Of a DNA stretch of 64,000 nucleotides, positions 52,139 through 62,198 are shown piece after piece. Each line of letters begins with the position of its first letter. The stretch's first letter is position 1. The position numbers were made by a program, and so were the translations under genes. Below the pieces are notes generated by a model. That model saw only the letters and a program-made list of their open reading frames with translations. It searched no databases and was not told the DNA's origin. This DNA is from a virus (lineage: Duplodnaviria; Caudoviricetes). The stretch covers positions 14,456 through 78,455 of IMG/VR virus record IMGVR_UViG_2862873970_000001. The stretch is one strand, 5' to 3'.

Positions 52139-53131
52139 ATGATCGACCTAGATTCGGCCCTGTCCCAAATCGAGAAGGACTTCGGGCCCAATACCGTGAT
52201 GCGCTTGGGTGATTCTCCCCGCCAGCAGGTAGACGTGATACCCACCGGATCCCTCGCCCTGGACAGGGCACTGGGTATTGGCGGCCTACCGCGCGGACGC
52301 ATCGTGGAAATCTTCGGCCCCGAGTCATCGGGTAAGTCCACCCTGTGCCTCCATGCCATCGCTAACGCCCAACGCGCGGGCGGGACAGTCGCATACATCG
52401 ATACCGAGCACGCCGTCGACCCCATATACGCCAAGAACTTAGGCGTGGACATCGACAACATGCTCATCTCCCAGCCCGATACGGCCGAGCACGCCCTTGA
52501 GGTGGCCGACGTCCTAGTGCGCACCGGCAAGATCACCACCCTGGTGATTGACTCGGTGGCCGCCCTCGCGACGCGCGCCGAGATTGAGGGTGACTATGGG
52601 GACAGCCATGTTGGCCTCTTGGCCAGGCTAATGAGCCAGGCAATGCGCAAGCTGACCGGGACATTGAGCAACACCAACACCTTGGCCATCTTCGTCAACC
52701 AGCTCCGCGACGTCATCGGCGGATTCGGGTATGGCCCGAAGGAAACCACCACGGGTGGACGCGCCCTGCGCTTCTACTCCTCCGTGCGCCTCGATGTGCG
52801 CCGGATCGAGACCGAGAAGTCGGGCGACGAGGCCACTGGTAACCGGGTGCGCGTCAAGGTCGTGAAGAACAAACTCGCCGCCCCGTTCAAGCAGGCGGAA
52901 TTCTCCATCGTCTATGGCCAGGGGATCTCCCGTGAGGCTGAGCTGATTGATATCGGTACGAAGCTGGGCATCGTGAAGAAATCCGGTGCCTGGTTCTCCG
53001 TGCCGGATGGGGATGAATCGATTCGACTTGGCCAAGGTAAAGAGCAGTCCCGGCTCACGCTAGCCGGCGACCCCGCCCTGGCAGACAATATCGAACAAAG
53101 GATTAGAGACACATGGAACACCCCGTTCTAG
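52139..53131 (+). CDS. recA: RecA recombinase
   Basis: [49 protein letters not shown]. Confidence 0.97.
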   Translation: MIDLDSALSQIEKDFGPNTVMRLGDSPRQQVDVIPTGSLALDRALGIGGLPRGRIVEIFGPESSGKSTLCLHAIANAQRAGGTVAYIDTEHAVDPIYAKNLGVDIDNMLISQPDTAEHALEVADVLVRTGKITTLVIDSVAALATRAEIEGDYGDSHVGLLARLMSQAMRKLTGTLSNTNTLAIFVNQLRDVIGGFGYGPKETTTGGRALRFYSSVRLDVRRIETEKSGDEATGNRVRVKVVKNKLAAPFKQAEFSIVYGQGISREAELIDIGTKLGIVKKSGAWFSVPDGDESIRLGQGKEQSRLTLAGDPALADNIEQRIRDTWNTPF

Positions 53132-53273
53132 TTGGGCAGCGTGGATAAATGCCGCTGCGGGCACTCCCAGTTTAGCCACGAAGGTTACAGCCAACGCTGC
53201 CTCGTTTGTGGATGCCCCGAGTTTCGACTACTCGAAACCGTGGACTCATTAGTCCTCGCGGGAACGACGGGAA

Positions 53274-53483
53274 TTGCCTCGTAGGGCCTATCGCGAACAC
53301 CTCGTTAACCGGGCGTATTTACTGCGTCAGAAATTCACACTGACACAAGACGTCGGCTATGCGCGTCAGGTTATTGACGACTTTGAGCATGTTCGCGAAG
53401 CACTGATTGAGAACTATGGGATCGTTCTAGATCCATTAGAGACTTCTGGGCAGGGTGCCCGGCAGGGAAAGGAAGTCCCATGA
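53274..53483 (+). CDS. Hypothetical protein
   Basis: Coupled to next gene. Confidence 0.55.
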   Translation: MPRRAYREHLVNRAYLLRQKFTLTQDVGYARQVIDDFEHVREALIENYGIVLDPLETSGQGARQGKEVP

Positions 53484-53890
53484 GCGAGATGGGACAGAAG
53501 ATCATCGCGGAAGTTCGCAAGATCGCGGCAGAACGCCCCAACTTCGTTTACCCGCGCCTGAATTGTGCGTACCTGGATGAGTATGGTTGCCCGAGCTGCA
53601 TCATCGGCCACGCCCTGTTCCGGCTAGAGGTCATCCCGAGCGTGCATTTGATTGAGGGGAAACCGGCATCCTTCACCCTGTCCGATCTTGGGATTGATTT
53701 GGACCACGACGAGGCCCGATGGCTAGATGAAGTACAGGCCGCCCAAGACGGTCGTGCCGGCCCACCTCCCCCGCGACCGGGGCTCTCCCCCGAGGAATTC
53801 AAGTCCAAGTGGGCAGAACATCCCGGCCGTTACCCCTGGGGTGAGGCAGTGAAGCACGCCGACAACATGGTGCCCGCGCTCGCGGCGTAA
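53480..53890 (+). CDS. Hypothetical protein, paralog of 61809-62198
   Basis: MSEMGQK...CAY...PSCIIGHAL...AAQD...PWG. Confidence 0.75.
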   Translation: MSEMGQKIIAEVRKIAAERPNFVYPRLNCAYLDEYGCPSCIIGHALFRLEVIPSVHLIEGKPASFTLSDLGIDLDHDEARWLDEVQAAQDGRAGPPPPRPGLSPEEFKSKWAEHPGRYPWGEAVKHADNMVPALAA

Positions 53891-53900
53891 CCATCCATTT

Positions 53901-53932
53901 GACCCCACGGCCTAATCGTCGTGGGGTCTTTT
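53901..53932 (+). terminator. Intrinsic terminator
   Basis: GACCCCACGG...TCGTGGGGTC followed by TTTT. Confidence 0.75.
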
Positions 53933-53958
53933 GTGTCTGACATTAATTCGAGGAAACA

Positions 53959-54270
53959 ATGGACACCGAAGCCAGAATCAAGCACATCGAGGATCAGGTT
54001 GCCGCACTGCGCCGCGACCTTCGTAAAGAGAAAGAACTCCCCGTAGGGTCGGTGATCGCTCCAGGGAACCGTTCAACCGGTATCGCCTATCGGGTTGGAC
54101 GTATCCACGGAGATGCGGGATCGGACGGACGCCAGCCCACCACCGAACCCGGGTGGGTCACCGTATTTAGTGACTTCTCCGGGTCTTACTACCGCTCTCT
54201 GCGCGAATTGCAGGATCGCATCAACGTCTTTCGGACCTACCGGGTACTCCGCAAGGGGTTCGACCAATGA
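53959..54270 (+). CDS. Hypothetical protein
   Basis: GAGGA RBS. Confidence 0.7.
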   Translation: MDTEARIKHIEDQVAALRRDLRKEKELPVGSVIAPGNRSTGIAYRVGRIHGDAGSDGRQPTTEPGWVTVFSDFSGSYYRSLRELQDRINVFRTYRVLRKGFDQ

Positions 54271-54434
54271 GCATCGGTGTCATTCTTACCATTATCTTCA
54301 TGGTGCTTAAGCTCACCCATTTCATCGCGTGGGCATGGTGGCAGGTGCTGATCCCGCTCTTTATTGAGGTCGGCTTTGACATCCTCTTGTTTACCGGCGG
54401 CCTCGCCCTGGTACTGAAAGTGCTCAAAGACTGA
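54267..54434 (+). CDS. Small membrane protein (55 aa)
   Basis: Hand-translated LTIIFMVLKLTHFIAWAWWQVLIPL; coupled ATGA. Confidence 0.65.
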   Translation: MSIGVILTIIFMVLKLTHFIAWAWWQVLIPLFIEVGFDILLFTGGLALVLKVLKD

Positions 54435-54478
54435 CCGACTACTCCCTGAAGCGCAACTATTTCCAGCAGGTTCTGGTT

Positions 54479-55399
54479 ATGCCACCGGATGCTGAACCCC
54501 TTGATGGCACATGGGTCACATCCAAGGATGGCAAGGACTACTTCCGCCCGTGCGATGCCCATAAGAAGCTAGCGATGGCTTATGGCCGCACCAGCAAGGC
54601 CGGCGAACACCTCAAGGGGGGTGGCGACGGCCTGGCCAACTGGAAAGCTTCCATGGCCGCCTTGGGTGTGCTCATGTCGGATAGTGCGCGCAGCGAAATC
54701 GTCAACCTCATCAACGAATACGACGGTGATCCGTACTATGCCGGCGATGACGGTGGATTCAAGTCCGGTAAGAAGCGCCTCCTGGAGGCTGTCGAACTAG
54801 CCTGCAAGGTTGCGGGATCGGACACTGCCTCGTCACGAGGCACCGAATTCCACAAACTGGGGGAGATGGTCAATAAGGGCCGCATCCCCCGCGTGGTCCA
54901 GGACCACCTCGTTGATTTCCTGGAGCATTACAAGCAGCGGGTGAAGCCGATCCATTTCCTGGCGCAAGAGATCCTGATCATTAACGACGAGATCCAGCGC
55001 GCCGGCTCCATCGATTACCTGATGGAGCTTCCGGCCGGTATCACCACACCGGACGGCATCACGCACGACGAGCCACTGGTGGTGGCTGGCGACCTCAAGA
55101 CGGGAAAGTGGGACATTGATTACCCGGGTGGTGTTAGTGCCCAACTCGCTGGCTACGGTCTCGGATTCCGTTACGACCAAGCAACGAATACTCGGTATCC
55201 CCTGCATCCTCGATCTAGCGATAGATGGGCAGTCATTGTTCATTTTCCAATCGCGGAGAGGGACGCCGAAGTCTCCTTCTACTGGGTAGACATGCACGTC
55301 GGTTTGCAGGCTGCACACCTGAACAACCGGCTGGACCGCATGATTGCCCACTACAAGTCAGTGAAAGGTAAACCTATCAAATTCGAGTTGGCGGCTTAG
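54479..55399 (+). CDS. PD-(D/E)xK exonuclease (RecB/Cas4-like)
   Basis: RGTEFH, AGSID, GDLKTG, QLAGY. Confidence 0.85.
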   Translation: MPPDAEPLDGTWVTSKDGKDYFRPCDAHKKLAMAYGRTSKAGEHLKGGGDGLANWKASMAALGVLMSDSARSEIVNLINEYDGDPYYAGDDGGFKSGKKRLLEAVELACKVAGSDTASSRGTEFHKLGEMVNKGRIPRVVQDHLVDFLEHYKQRVKPIHFLAQEILIINDEIQRAGSIDYLMELPAGITTPDGITHDEPLVVAGDLKTGKWDIDYPGGVSAQLAGYGLGFRYDQATNTRYPLHPRSSDRWAVIVHFPIAERDAEVSFYWVDMHVGLQAAHLNNRLDRMIAHYKSVKGKPIKFELAA

Positions 55400-55962
55400 T
55401 GGTAAATAAGCCGAACCTGGATGACTACTGCGACGTCCGCGAACGCATGGCTGAGTTCTTCGCCAAGCACCCCGAGGGCGTCTTCCAGTCTGAATGCCAG
55501 TTCATTCAGACCGATGGTAGATCCGCCGTGGTGGTCAAGGCCTACGCCTACCGTCACCCCGATGATCCCAAGCCTGGCACTGGCCTGGCCTACGAGTTCA
55601 TCCCGGGTAAAACGCCATACACCAAGGACTCTGAGCTACAGAACGCTGAGACCGCGGCATGGGGCCGCGCCGTAATGGCTGTGGGTGCGGGGGATTCCAA
55701 GAAGCCCATCGCCACACGCGAAGAGGTCCGCAACCGCACCGCCGAGCCCGAAGACAACGTCATTGACAACATGGAGGGCCGCGGTGAACTCCGCAAGGTC
55801 TGCGAGGACCAGGGCCTGAACCCCAAAGAGGTGGCCCGCCGCTTCCAGCAGGAGTTCGGCTACGACCCCAAGACGGCCACCAATGACGTGCTGATCTCAT
55901 TCGTGAACATGATCAAGGGCGGCGTGATCACCTTCGGCGATTCGGAGCCCGCCCCGGCGTGA
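55399..55962 (+). CDS. Single-strand annealing protein (Rad52/ERF-like)
   Basis: YCDVRER...NAETAAWGRA...IATREEV; follows exonuclease. Confidence 0.7.
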   Translation: MVNKPNLDDYCDVRERMAEFFAKHPEGVFQSECQFIQTDGRSAVVVKAYAYRHPDDPKPGTGLAYEFIPGKTPYTKDSELQNAETAAWGRAVMAVGAGDSKKPIATREEVRNRTAEPEDNVIDNMEGRGELRKVCEDQGLNPKEVARRFQQEFGYDPKTATNDVLISFVNMIKGGVITFGDSEPAPA

Positions 55963-56261
55963 GCACGTTAGTAGACGACGAGATTGATCAGCACAAGGGC
56001 CCGGGTACCGGCACGATGGACCCCGAATGGGAATCCTGGCTGGCCATGGACATCCCCTGTGTTGTCGAGGGCTGCGACGAGAAGGTCGAATGGATGGGCA
56101 ACCAGCATGGTTGCCTCAAGGCATTCTCCTGCGATGCCCACACGATTCGGTTCGTGACCTTCATCCGTGCTGACATCTCCCGCCAGGGCTACACGGTGTG
56201 CAACTACTGCAAGAAGAGCTTTGACACCCTGGAGTCCTTCTTCAAGGCGGTGCGCGTATGA
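55959..56261 (+). CDS. Cys-rich hypothetical protein
   Basis: Coupled; multiple CxxC/H. Confidence 0.7.
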   Translation: MSTLVDDEIDQHKGPGTGTMDPEWESWLAMDIPCVVEGCDEKVEWMGNQHGCLKAFSCDAHTIRFVTFIRADISRQGYTVCNYCKKSFDTLESFFKAVRV

Positions 56262-56413
56262 GTCACCTAAGCTTTGAGGCCCAGGCGAATGCCCTCTCTA
56301 AGGCCATTGAGCTAATGGAGGTGCGTGCAGGTAAGGGAATCCCAGCAAGTGTCACAGAACTCTTGCTGGCCAACATTGCGATCAGCCTCCTCATGGGCCT
56401 GGAGATGGCGTGA
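56258..56413 (+). CDS. Hypothetical protein (51 aa)
   Basis: Hand-translated; coupled at both ends. Confidence 0.5.
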   Translation: MSHLSFEAQANALSKAIELMEVRAGKGIPASVTELLLANIAISLLMGLEMA

Positions 56414-56763
56414 GCGACTGGAATCCAGCCACCGTCGAGGCGGCAATTCACGAATGCTCACAGCGAATTGCCAACGGCGTCATGAAAGCCGACGCGGCCT
56501 ACCGGAAGTTCCTAGACTCCGACCACGCATACGATCTGGCCTTCGCCCGTGCCTACCTGGATGCTGATGGCCCCGCCCATGCGAAGAAGTACATGGCCGA
56601 GATCGCAACTGAGGCAGAACGTAAGGCGCGCAACGTAGCTGACGCTGCGTACAAGCTGATGGACCGGAACATGAAGGCCATCCAAAGCGAGCTTGATGCC
56701 CTGCGTTCCATCGGGACGTCGGTGCGCCAGGCCTACGCAGTCGCCGGCCGCGGTGAGTACTGA
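56410..56763 (+). CDS. Helical hypothetical protein
   Basis: GGAG RBS; coupled. Confidence 0.75.
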   Translation: MSDWNPATVEAAIHECSQRIANGVMKADAAYRKFLDSDHAYDLAFARAYLDADGPAHAKKYMAEIATEAERKARNVADAAYKLMDRNMKAIQSELDALRSIGTSVRQAYAVAGRGEY

Positions 56764-57112
56764 GAAGGAATGCCGCCGCACCATCGCCGAGCGGGCCCAG
56801 GGCTTCTGTGAGAGATGCGGACGCTGCGGACCACTAACCCTTCACCATCGCAAGAAAAAGGGTCAGGGCGGCGCCTGGGATCCAACCAACTGCGTACTGG
56901 TGGATGGTCATGGCACAACGGGCTGTCACGGCTGGATAGAAAGCCATCCCAACGCTGCTGAGGCTGAGGGATTCCACGTCCGGCCCTGGCGCGATCCCGC
57001 TGAGATACCAATCCTCTACCGCGGCGAGTGGGGATACCTCACTGCCGATGGGAAGGTGAGAATTGAACGAGAAGAAGTGGCCCCCGAAAGCGGGGACCTA
57101 CCGCCAAGATGA
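56753..57112 (+). CDS. HNH endonuclease
   Basis: CERCG...HHRK...GG...N...CHGWIESHP. Confidence 0.8.
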   Translation: MSTEKECRRTIAERAQGFCERCGRCGPLTLHHRKKKGQGGAWDPTNCVLVDGHGTTGCHGWIESHPNAAEAEGFHVRPWRDPAEIPILYRGEWGYLTADGKVRIEREEVAPESGDLPPR

Positions 57113-57317
57113 TGAAGACGATTACCGCCCGCGCTGCCGTCACCGCGGTACGCCGGCCGAGCCGTACGCCCACGAGGGACAATACGGACGCATCAACCGT
57201 GTAACCCCGGGCGAGCGTGGAGTTCCCGCGCAAGCCTTTGTCGACTGGGGTGATGGATTACTTACCTGGGAGCGTCTGACAGACCTCCTCCCACTGAGGG
57301 ATCAGAGTGGAACCTAA
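57063..57317 (+). CDS. Hypothetical protein
   Basis: AFVDWGDG SH3-like pattern. Confidence 0.5.
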   Translation: MNEKKWPPKAGTYRQDDEDDYRPRCRHRGTPAEPYAHEGQYGRINRVTPGERGVPAQAFVDWGDGLLTWERLTDLLPLRDQSGT

Positions 57318-57501
57318 AACCGAAAAGGAATACCAGGACAACAAACTCCCCTTCGTGAAAACCCAGTACGGGGTGTTCGACCCGAGCACGGGCAAGGTTG
57401 TGCCCTGCAAGAGTCGCGAATACGCCCACGGTATTGGTGGCCGGTTCATTCCCATGGTGCGCCATGTCAGCGAATGGCTGGAAGACAAGGGTGGTGAGTG
57501 A
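57307..57501 (+). CDS. Hypothetical protein
   Basis: Coupled to dnaB. Confidence 0.6.
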   Translation: MEPKTEKEYQDNKLPFVKTQYGVFDPSTGKVVPCKSREYAHGIGGRFIPMVRHVSEWLEDKGGE

Positions 57502-58736
57502 CTGACCAACCAGCGAGCGACGCGCGCGCGGAGGAATCGGTCCTCGGTTCGATCCTGCACAATCCCGCGACCTTCTCCCAGATTGGTCAGCTAAGCACCG
57601 AACACTTCTTCTTCCCGCAGAATGCCCTGCTCTTCACCACACTGCAGGAGATGCACGTCGCGGGGGAAGATATTGACTCCGTCACGGTGTTCGCCAAGCT
57701 GCGGGAGCGCGGGGAGTTGCGCCGCGTGGGCGCACCCTACCTCAGCGAGCTGCTGCAGGCATTCAAGTCGATTGACAATGTCGGAACCTACGCTAAGATC
57801 ATCATTGATCGCTGGAAGATCCGCACTATCAACCAACTTGGGGAACGATTCCGGCAGATCCACGACTCCGCGGAGGACATTCCCGCGGCACTGGAAGAGG
57901 CCCGCAGCTTCCTGGATGAAGTCGTTATCGACTCCGATAGTGTTGAAGACTTCGACTCGGCCTACGAGTCATGGGTTGACTGGTATAACACCGACACCGT
58001 CGTGATACCCACCCCATGGGCGGGTCTTAACAACATCTGCATGGGTGGTCTGCACAAGGGTCGGCTCTACACCTTCACGGGTAGACCGGGATCCGGCAAA
58101 AGTGCGTTGTGTCTCAATGCTCTAGCGGCCAGTGCGCGAGCTGGCTACCGGGGAATCATCTACTCCCTGGAGATGCCCAGCTCCGAATGCTTGTCCAGGA
58201 TCCTTGCGGCCGGCGCCAACGTGCCACTGAAACACATCTTCCAGCACCAACTCGCCTCCGATGAGCGGCAACGCATCAAGGAGTTCGCGTCACAGCCGTG
58301 GCGCACCCGCATGATGATCGATGACAAGCCCACGCAAACCATCGCCAGCATCACCGCGGATGCCCGCTGCCGTCAGCGCGCCGGGGGCCTGGACCTGGTG
58401 GCCATTGACCACTCGCTACTCCTGGATCCCACGGATAGAAACGCTTCCGAAATCCAGCACATCAACACCGTGTCGCGGGGCGCCAAGATGCTGGCCCGCC
58501 GCCTGGACGTGGCGGTGGTGTTGCTCCATCAAATGAATAGAGAGAAAGAGGCAAATGGGCATCGTAAGCCCCAGATGCGCGACCTTTACGGCGGCGGGGA
58601 GAAGGATGCCGACGTCATCATCGCTCTCGACAGGGACCACGAACACATCGTGGCCTACCCGCTGAAGAATCGAATGGGCCCAACAAAGACGGCCGCCACC
58701 ATGGTGGATGAGCTGGCCTATGGACGGCTCGGGTGA
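57498..58736 (+). CDS. dnaB: DnaB-like replicative helicase
   Basis: AEESVLGSIL, GRPGSGKS, SLEM, IDH, LHQMNRE, DAD, KNRMGP. Confidence 0.93.
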   Translation: MTDQPASDARAEESVLGSILHNPATFSQIGQLSTEHFFFPQNALLFTTLQEMHVAGEDIDSVTVFAKLRERGELRRVGAPYLSELLQAFKSIDNVGTYAKIIIDRWKIRTINQLGERFRQIHDSAEDIPAALEEARSFLDEVVIDSDSVEDFDSAYESWVDWYNTDTVVIPTPWAGLNNICMGGLHKGRLYTFTGRPGSGKSALCLNALAASARAGYRGIIYSLEMPSSECLSRILAAGANVPLKHIFQHQLASDERQRIKEFASQPWRTRMMIDDKPTQTIASITADARCRQRAGGLDLVAIDHSLLLDPTDRNASEIQHINTVSRGAKMLARRLDVAVVLLHQMNREKEANGHRKPQMRDLYGGGEKDADVIIALDRDHEHIVAYPLKNRMGPTKTAATMVDELAYGRLG

Positions 58737-59002
58737 CGGAGGACGAGGAGAGTTACTGGGAGCACGCAGCCAGGGCACTCGTCGGCCCCATTCGGGACAC
58801 CTACGAGGGCGACTGGATGGACGCGGCGAACTGCCAGGTGGAACGCGTTGACGACAACCGGTTCCTCCGCAAGCCCCTCCCCGCTGAATCCCTGATATGG
58901 GAGGGGATCTGCAAACAATGCCCCGTCTCTTTGCAGTGCATGGAGTGGGCAGATAAGCACGAAGTCCGCGGAGTTTTCGCAGCAGGAGAGTGGCGAGAGT
59001 GA
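58733..59002 (+). CDS. whiB: WhiB family transcription factor
   Basis: W...AANC...ICKQCPV...C...GVFAA. Confidence 0.8.
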   Translation: MTEDEESYWEHAARALVGPIRDTYEGDWMDAANCQVERVDDNRFLRKPLPAESLIWEGICKQCPVSLQCMEWADKHEVRGVFAAGEWRE

Positions 59003-59610
59003 AGTACAACCTACTGGCGGGGATTAGGTGGGACGACCTTGACATGGACGCGGTGCTGGACAATTCCTACCGCGATTTCCACGTCAAGGGATTCGACTAC
59101 CTGTGTCTACACCGCACCGATGACCTCACCATCAAGGCCTACTTCATCACCGATGCCATCCAGGATCTACCCGAGGTAGTCAACCCCCACGACCACCGCT
59201 ACGACTTCCAGACCGAATGCCTTTCCGGCATGATCCGGAACAAGTGGTACACCAGGGAATTGAAGACACTACGCCCGGGCAAGATGTTCTCCGCATTCCT
59301 GTGGGACACCCCGCTCAATGGTGGTGAGGGCTTCCGCTACTCCAATCGGGCCATGTTGTGGCAGAACGGCATCTTCACTGCCGGCCCCGGCCGCGGCTAC
59401 TCGATGCGCCACGACGAGATCCACACCATTCAGGTGCTCAAGCCCGAGACCTGCATCGTCTTGGCCCAGCACAAAGACAAGGTGCCGGTGGGCATGCCTA
59501 CCCGTACCTATATCGATGGCGACGCCCCACCGATCAACGATCTCTACAACACCTTTACCGCCGACCAGGCGATGAAACGAATTGAACTACTAAAGGACCT
59601 TATTTCTTAA
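58990..59610 (+). CDS. Cupin-like metal-binding hypothetical protein
   Basis: PHDHRYDF...EIHTI (HxH...H). Confidence 0.65.
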   Translation: MARVKYNLLAGIRWDDLDMDAVLDNSYRDFHVKGFDYLCLHRTDDLTIKAYFITDAIQDLPEVVNPHDHRYDFQTECLSGMIRNKWYTRELKTLRPGKMFSAFLWDTPLNGGEGFRYSNRAMLWQNGIFTAGPGRGYSMRHDEIHTIQVLKPETCIVLAQHKDKVPVGMPTRTYIDGDAPPINDLYNTFTADQAMKRIELLKDLIS

Positions 59611-59843
59611 TGGACTATTCCTTCGCACTACATGCTCTGCAACTAGGCCATGCCGTTGCTCGTATCGACTGGGACGGCGACGGGCTCCTGCAGCTTCAGC
59701 TTCCCGACGAGGATTCCAAGATGACGCTGCCCTACGTCTACATCACCACCGCCAATGGTGAGCGCGTGCCTTGGTCCCCCAGTCAGGCCGACCTGCTGGC
59801 TGACGACTGGTACACCATCGATCTCCCCCTGGCGCCGTTCTGA
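59610..59843 (+). CDS. DUF2829 / Tad2-like protein
   Basis: FAL.AL..G..VAR..W...PY.YI.T..G..VPWSPSQADLLADDW. Confidence 0.8.
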   Translation: MDYSFALHALQLGHAVARIDWDGDGLLQLQLPDEDSKMTLPYVYITTANGERVPWSPSQADLLADDWYTIDLPLAPF

Positions 59844-60061
59844 TGTTCAAGAGCGACAAGGCCAAGAGCGTCGAGACCATCACAGCGAAGCTGGCTGACA
59901 CCGTCAACGAGCTTGAGCGTCACGCCGACGAGCAATTGGAGAAGGCCGCAGCCCAGAAGGCCGCCGCATACGCTGCCGAGGCCGCACATGCAGCGCACAA
60001 GGCAGAACACCATCTAGCCAACGCCGTGGCATCCAACATCAGGGCATTGCTTGAGCCGTAG
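59843..60061 (+). CDS. Coiled-coil hypothetical protein
   Basis: Coupled TGATG. Confidence 0.7.
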   Translation: MFKSDKAKSVETITAKLADTVNELERHADEQLEKAAAQKAAAYAAEAAHAAHKAEHHLANAVASNIRALLEP

Positions 60062-60410
60062 CCAACAAAAAGGCACCTCCTTCGAGACCCTTATTGCCAA
60101 AGGCCTGGCCGAGGCTTTGGATGACGACCGCATAGAGCGCCGAGCACGTAACGGCGTGAAGGACCGCGGGGATATCGGCGGCGTCCGACTCCGCGGCCAG
60201 CGTGTCGTCATCGAATGCAAGAACGAAGCCACCGGCAAGGTTTTCAAACTGCCCGAATGGGTGCAAGAGGCCCATGACGAGGCCGGAAATGACGACGCTC
60301 TTGTTGGCGTCGTGGTTCACAAGCGTTCAGGCACTACTGATCCCATGAAGCAATGGGTGAGCTGTACCGTCGCCGATTTCGTGGCGATTCTCACCGGAGA
60401 AAGGCAGTAA
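60051..60410 (+). CDS. Holliday junction resolvase (PD-(D/E)xK type)
   Basis: KGTSFE...DRGDI...VIECKN...VVVHKR. Confidence 0.8.
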   Translation: MSRSQQKGTSFETLIAKGLAEALDDDRIERRARNGVKDRGDIGGVRLRGQRVVIECKNEATGKVFKLPEWVQEAHDEAGNDDALVGVVVHKRSGTTDPMKQWVSCTVADFVAILTGERQ

Positions 60411-60414
60411 GAAA

Positions 60415-60603
60415 ATGTGGCAGCGCGGCGTAGCGAAACTTCTCGGCATAACCCGGGAAGGTGTGACGGTGGAATGTCCGTTCTGTTCGGAACGGCACAT
60501 CCACTCCAAGCTATCTCTCGGCAGTAAAGAGGTCGTGGCCGGCTGCCACGTCGGCGGGGATCGCTGCCGCTCCTACGCAATTCCACGCAGGCGCTCCCGG
60601 TGA
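60415..60603 (+). CDS. Small zinc-finger protein
   Basis: CPFCSERHIH. Confidence 0.6.
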   Translation: MWQRGVAKLLGITREGVTVECPFCSERHIHSKLSLGSKEVVAGCHVGGDRCRSYAIPRRRSR

Positions 60604-60693
60604 GTGACTGGTGGACCGCCCTAATGACATTGCCGTGGCTGATTCCCATTGGCCTGTGCGTTGCCGTATTTCTTGAAGAGACTGGAAGACATA

Positions 60694-61605
60694 GTGGTCA
60701 AGCTAACCTGCATGCGTGGTTACTCGGGCAGTGGGAAATCCACAAAGGCACGGCAGATAGCCCAGGATACCGGGGCGGTAGTGGTCTGTCGGGACAACCT
60801 ACGGAAGATGCTCTTAGGCGAGTACTGGACTGGCCGGCGCGAGGATGAAGATCGAGTTTCGATTGCCGAGGAAGCGCAGGTGCTCGCTCTCCTTGGAGCG
60901 GGGGTCCCTGTCGTGGTGGACGCGACCCATTTGGTACCTCAGTTTCTACGTCGATGGGCCCGAATCGCCACACGTCACGGTGTGGACTTTGAGGTGGTTG
61001 ACGTTCACTGCGATCCTGCTGATTGCAAGCGTAATGACCATGGTCGGATGCTGGCCGGTGGTCGTTACGTGGGTGACCGGGTTATTGACGAGCAGGTGCG
61101 GAAGCATCCTGTAGAAAAGTGGCCGGTGATCACTGCGACGCCTTTCACGGTGGATCCCTACAGGCCCCCCATGATCAAGGGGTCAAAGCCCCCGGCCATC
61201 CTCGTGGATATCGACGGAACACTTGCGCACATGCAGGGGCGCTCACCGTACGACTACGACAAGGTGGGCACGGACGCTATTGATCCCGTCATCCGCGACC
61301 TGGTTAATGAGTGGAAGTATAAAGACCCCCGGAATCGCAATGTCATTGTGCTTTCCGGCCGTGACGGTAAGTGCTTCTACGACACGCGCCGCTGGCTGTG
61401 GAGATTCGGGGTTGATTACGACGCCCTGATCATGCGCGAGCGGGACGATAACCGTCCCGACTATCTCGTCAAGTACGAACTGTTCAATAAGTACATCCGC
61501 GACAACTACGACGTGAAATTCGTTCTCGATGATCGTCAACAAGTAGTGGACATGTGGCGGAAGCTGGGGCTGAAATGCCTCCAGGTAGCTGAAGGGAATT
61601 TCTGA
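60694..61605 (+). CDS. pnk: Polynucleotide kinase/phosphatase (Pnk)
   Basis: GYSGSGKST kinase P-loop, RD; HAD DIDGT, SGR, K, DDR. Confidence 0.9.
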   Translation: MVKLTCMRGYSGSGKSTKARQIAQDTGAVVVCRDNLRKMLLGEYWTGRREDEDRVSIAEEAQVLALLGAGVPVVVDATHLVPQFLRRWARIATRHGVDFEVVDVHCDPADCKRNDHGRMLAGGRYVGDRVIDEQVRKHPVEKWPVITATPFTVDPYRPPMIKGSKPPAILVDIDGTLAHMQGRSPYDYDKVGTDAIDPVIRDLVNEWKYKDPRNRNVIVLSGRDGKCFYDTRRWLWRFGVDYDALIMRERDDNRPDYLVKYELFNKYIRDNYDVKFVLDDRQQVVDMWRKLGLKCLQVAEGNF

Positions 61606-61606
61606 G

Positions 61607-61816
61607 ATGCGCCGCTTAATACGTAAGTGGTGGGAGCGTCGCGGGCTGGAGCCTGGCGATCCCGCAACTACGGAATGGCGCGAGTACCGGCGAGAGTGCA
61701 GAAAAGTTGTCCGATTTAATGCGGGGCCCGGTGGTTACAGGGGTGCTCCTATGCCCCCGGGAATGAAACTGCCGCCTATCCCGGCGGCCTGGAGACGAAG
61801 GGCAGACGATGAGTGA
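61607..61816 (+). CDS. Hypothetical basic protein
   Basis: Fills gap; overlaps next start. Confidence 0.5.
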   Translation: MRRLIRKWWERRGLEPGDPATTEWREYRRECRKVVRFNAGPGGYRGAPMPPGMKLPPIPAAWRRRADDE

Positions 61817-62198
61817 GATAGGCCAGAAGCTTATCGAGGAAACCCGCAAGGTTGCGGCCGAGTATCCCGACTTTATATTCAAGGACATCTGTCGGTATGT
61901 AAATGACGGCAAGCCGGGGTGCATCGTGGGCCACGCTCTATGGAATCTAGGCATGGTTGATGAGACCACCGAAGGTAAAGGCTTCAACGATGACGGAATT
62001 TGGGGTCTGGATAAATACCTGAACCTCAACCTCGATCCGTACGAATACACCTGGTTGCGTGCCGCCCAGGATGAACAAGACACCGGCGCTCCCTGGGGTA
62101 AGGCGGTAGCGGCGGCTGACGAGGTTGCCGCACGGGAAGACTTATACACACGGGATCTACTCGATTGCGAGCGCCGTGATTGCGAGCACGATGAATGA
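61809..62198 (+). CDS. Hypothetical protein, paralog of 53480-53890
   Basis: MSEIGQK...CRY...PGCIVGHAL...AAQ..QD...PWG. Confidence 0.75.
   Translation: MSEIGQKLIEETRKVAAEYPDFIFKDICRYVNDGKPGCIVGHALWNLGMVDETTEGKGFNDDGIWGLDKYLNLNLDPYEYTWLRAAQDEQDTGAPWGKAVAAADEVAAREDLYTRDLLDCERRDCEHDE

Noticed and set aside
54479-55399. Cas4-like nuclease as a CRISPR component
   Set aside because: Adjacent to an annealing protein; standard phage recombination exonuclease context
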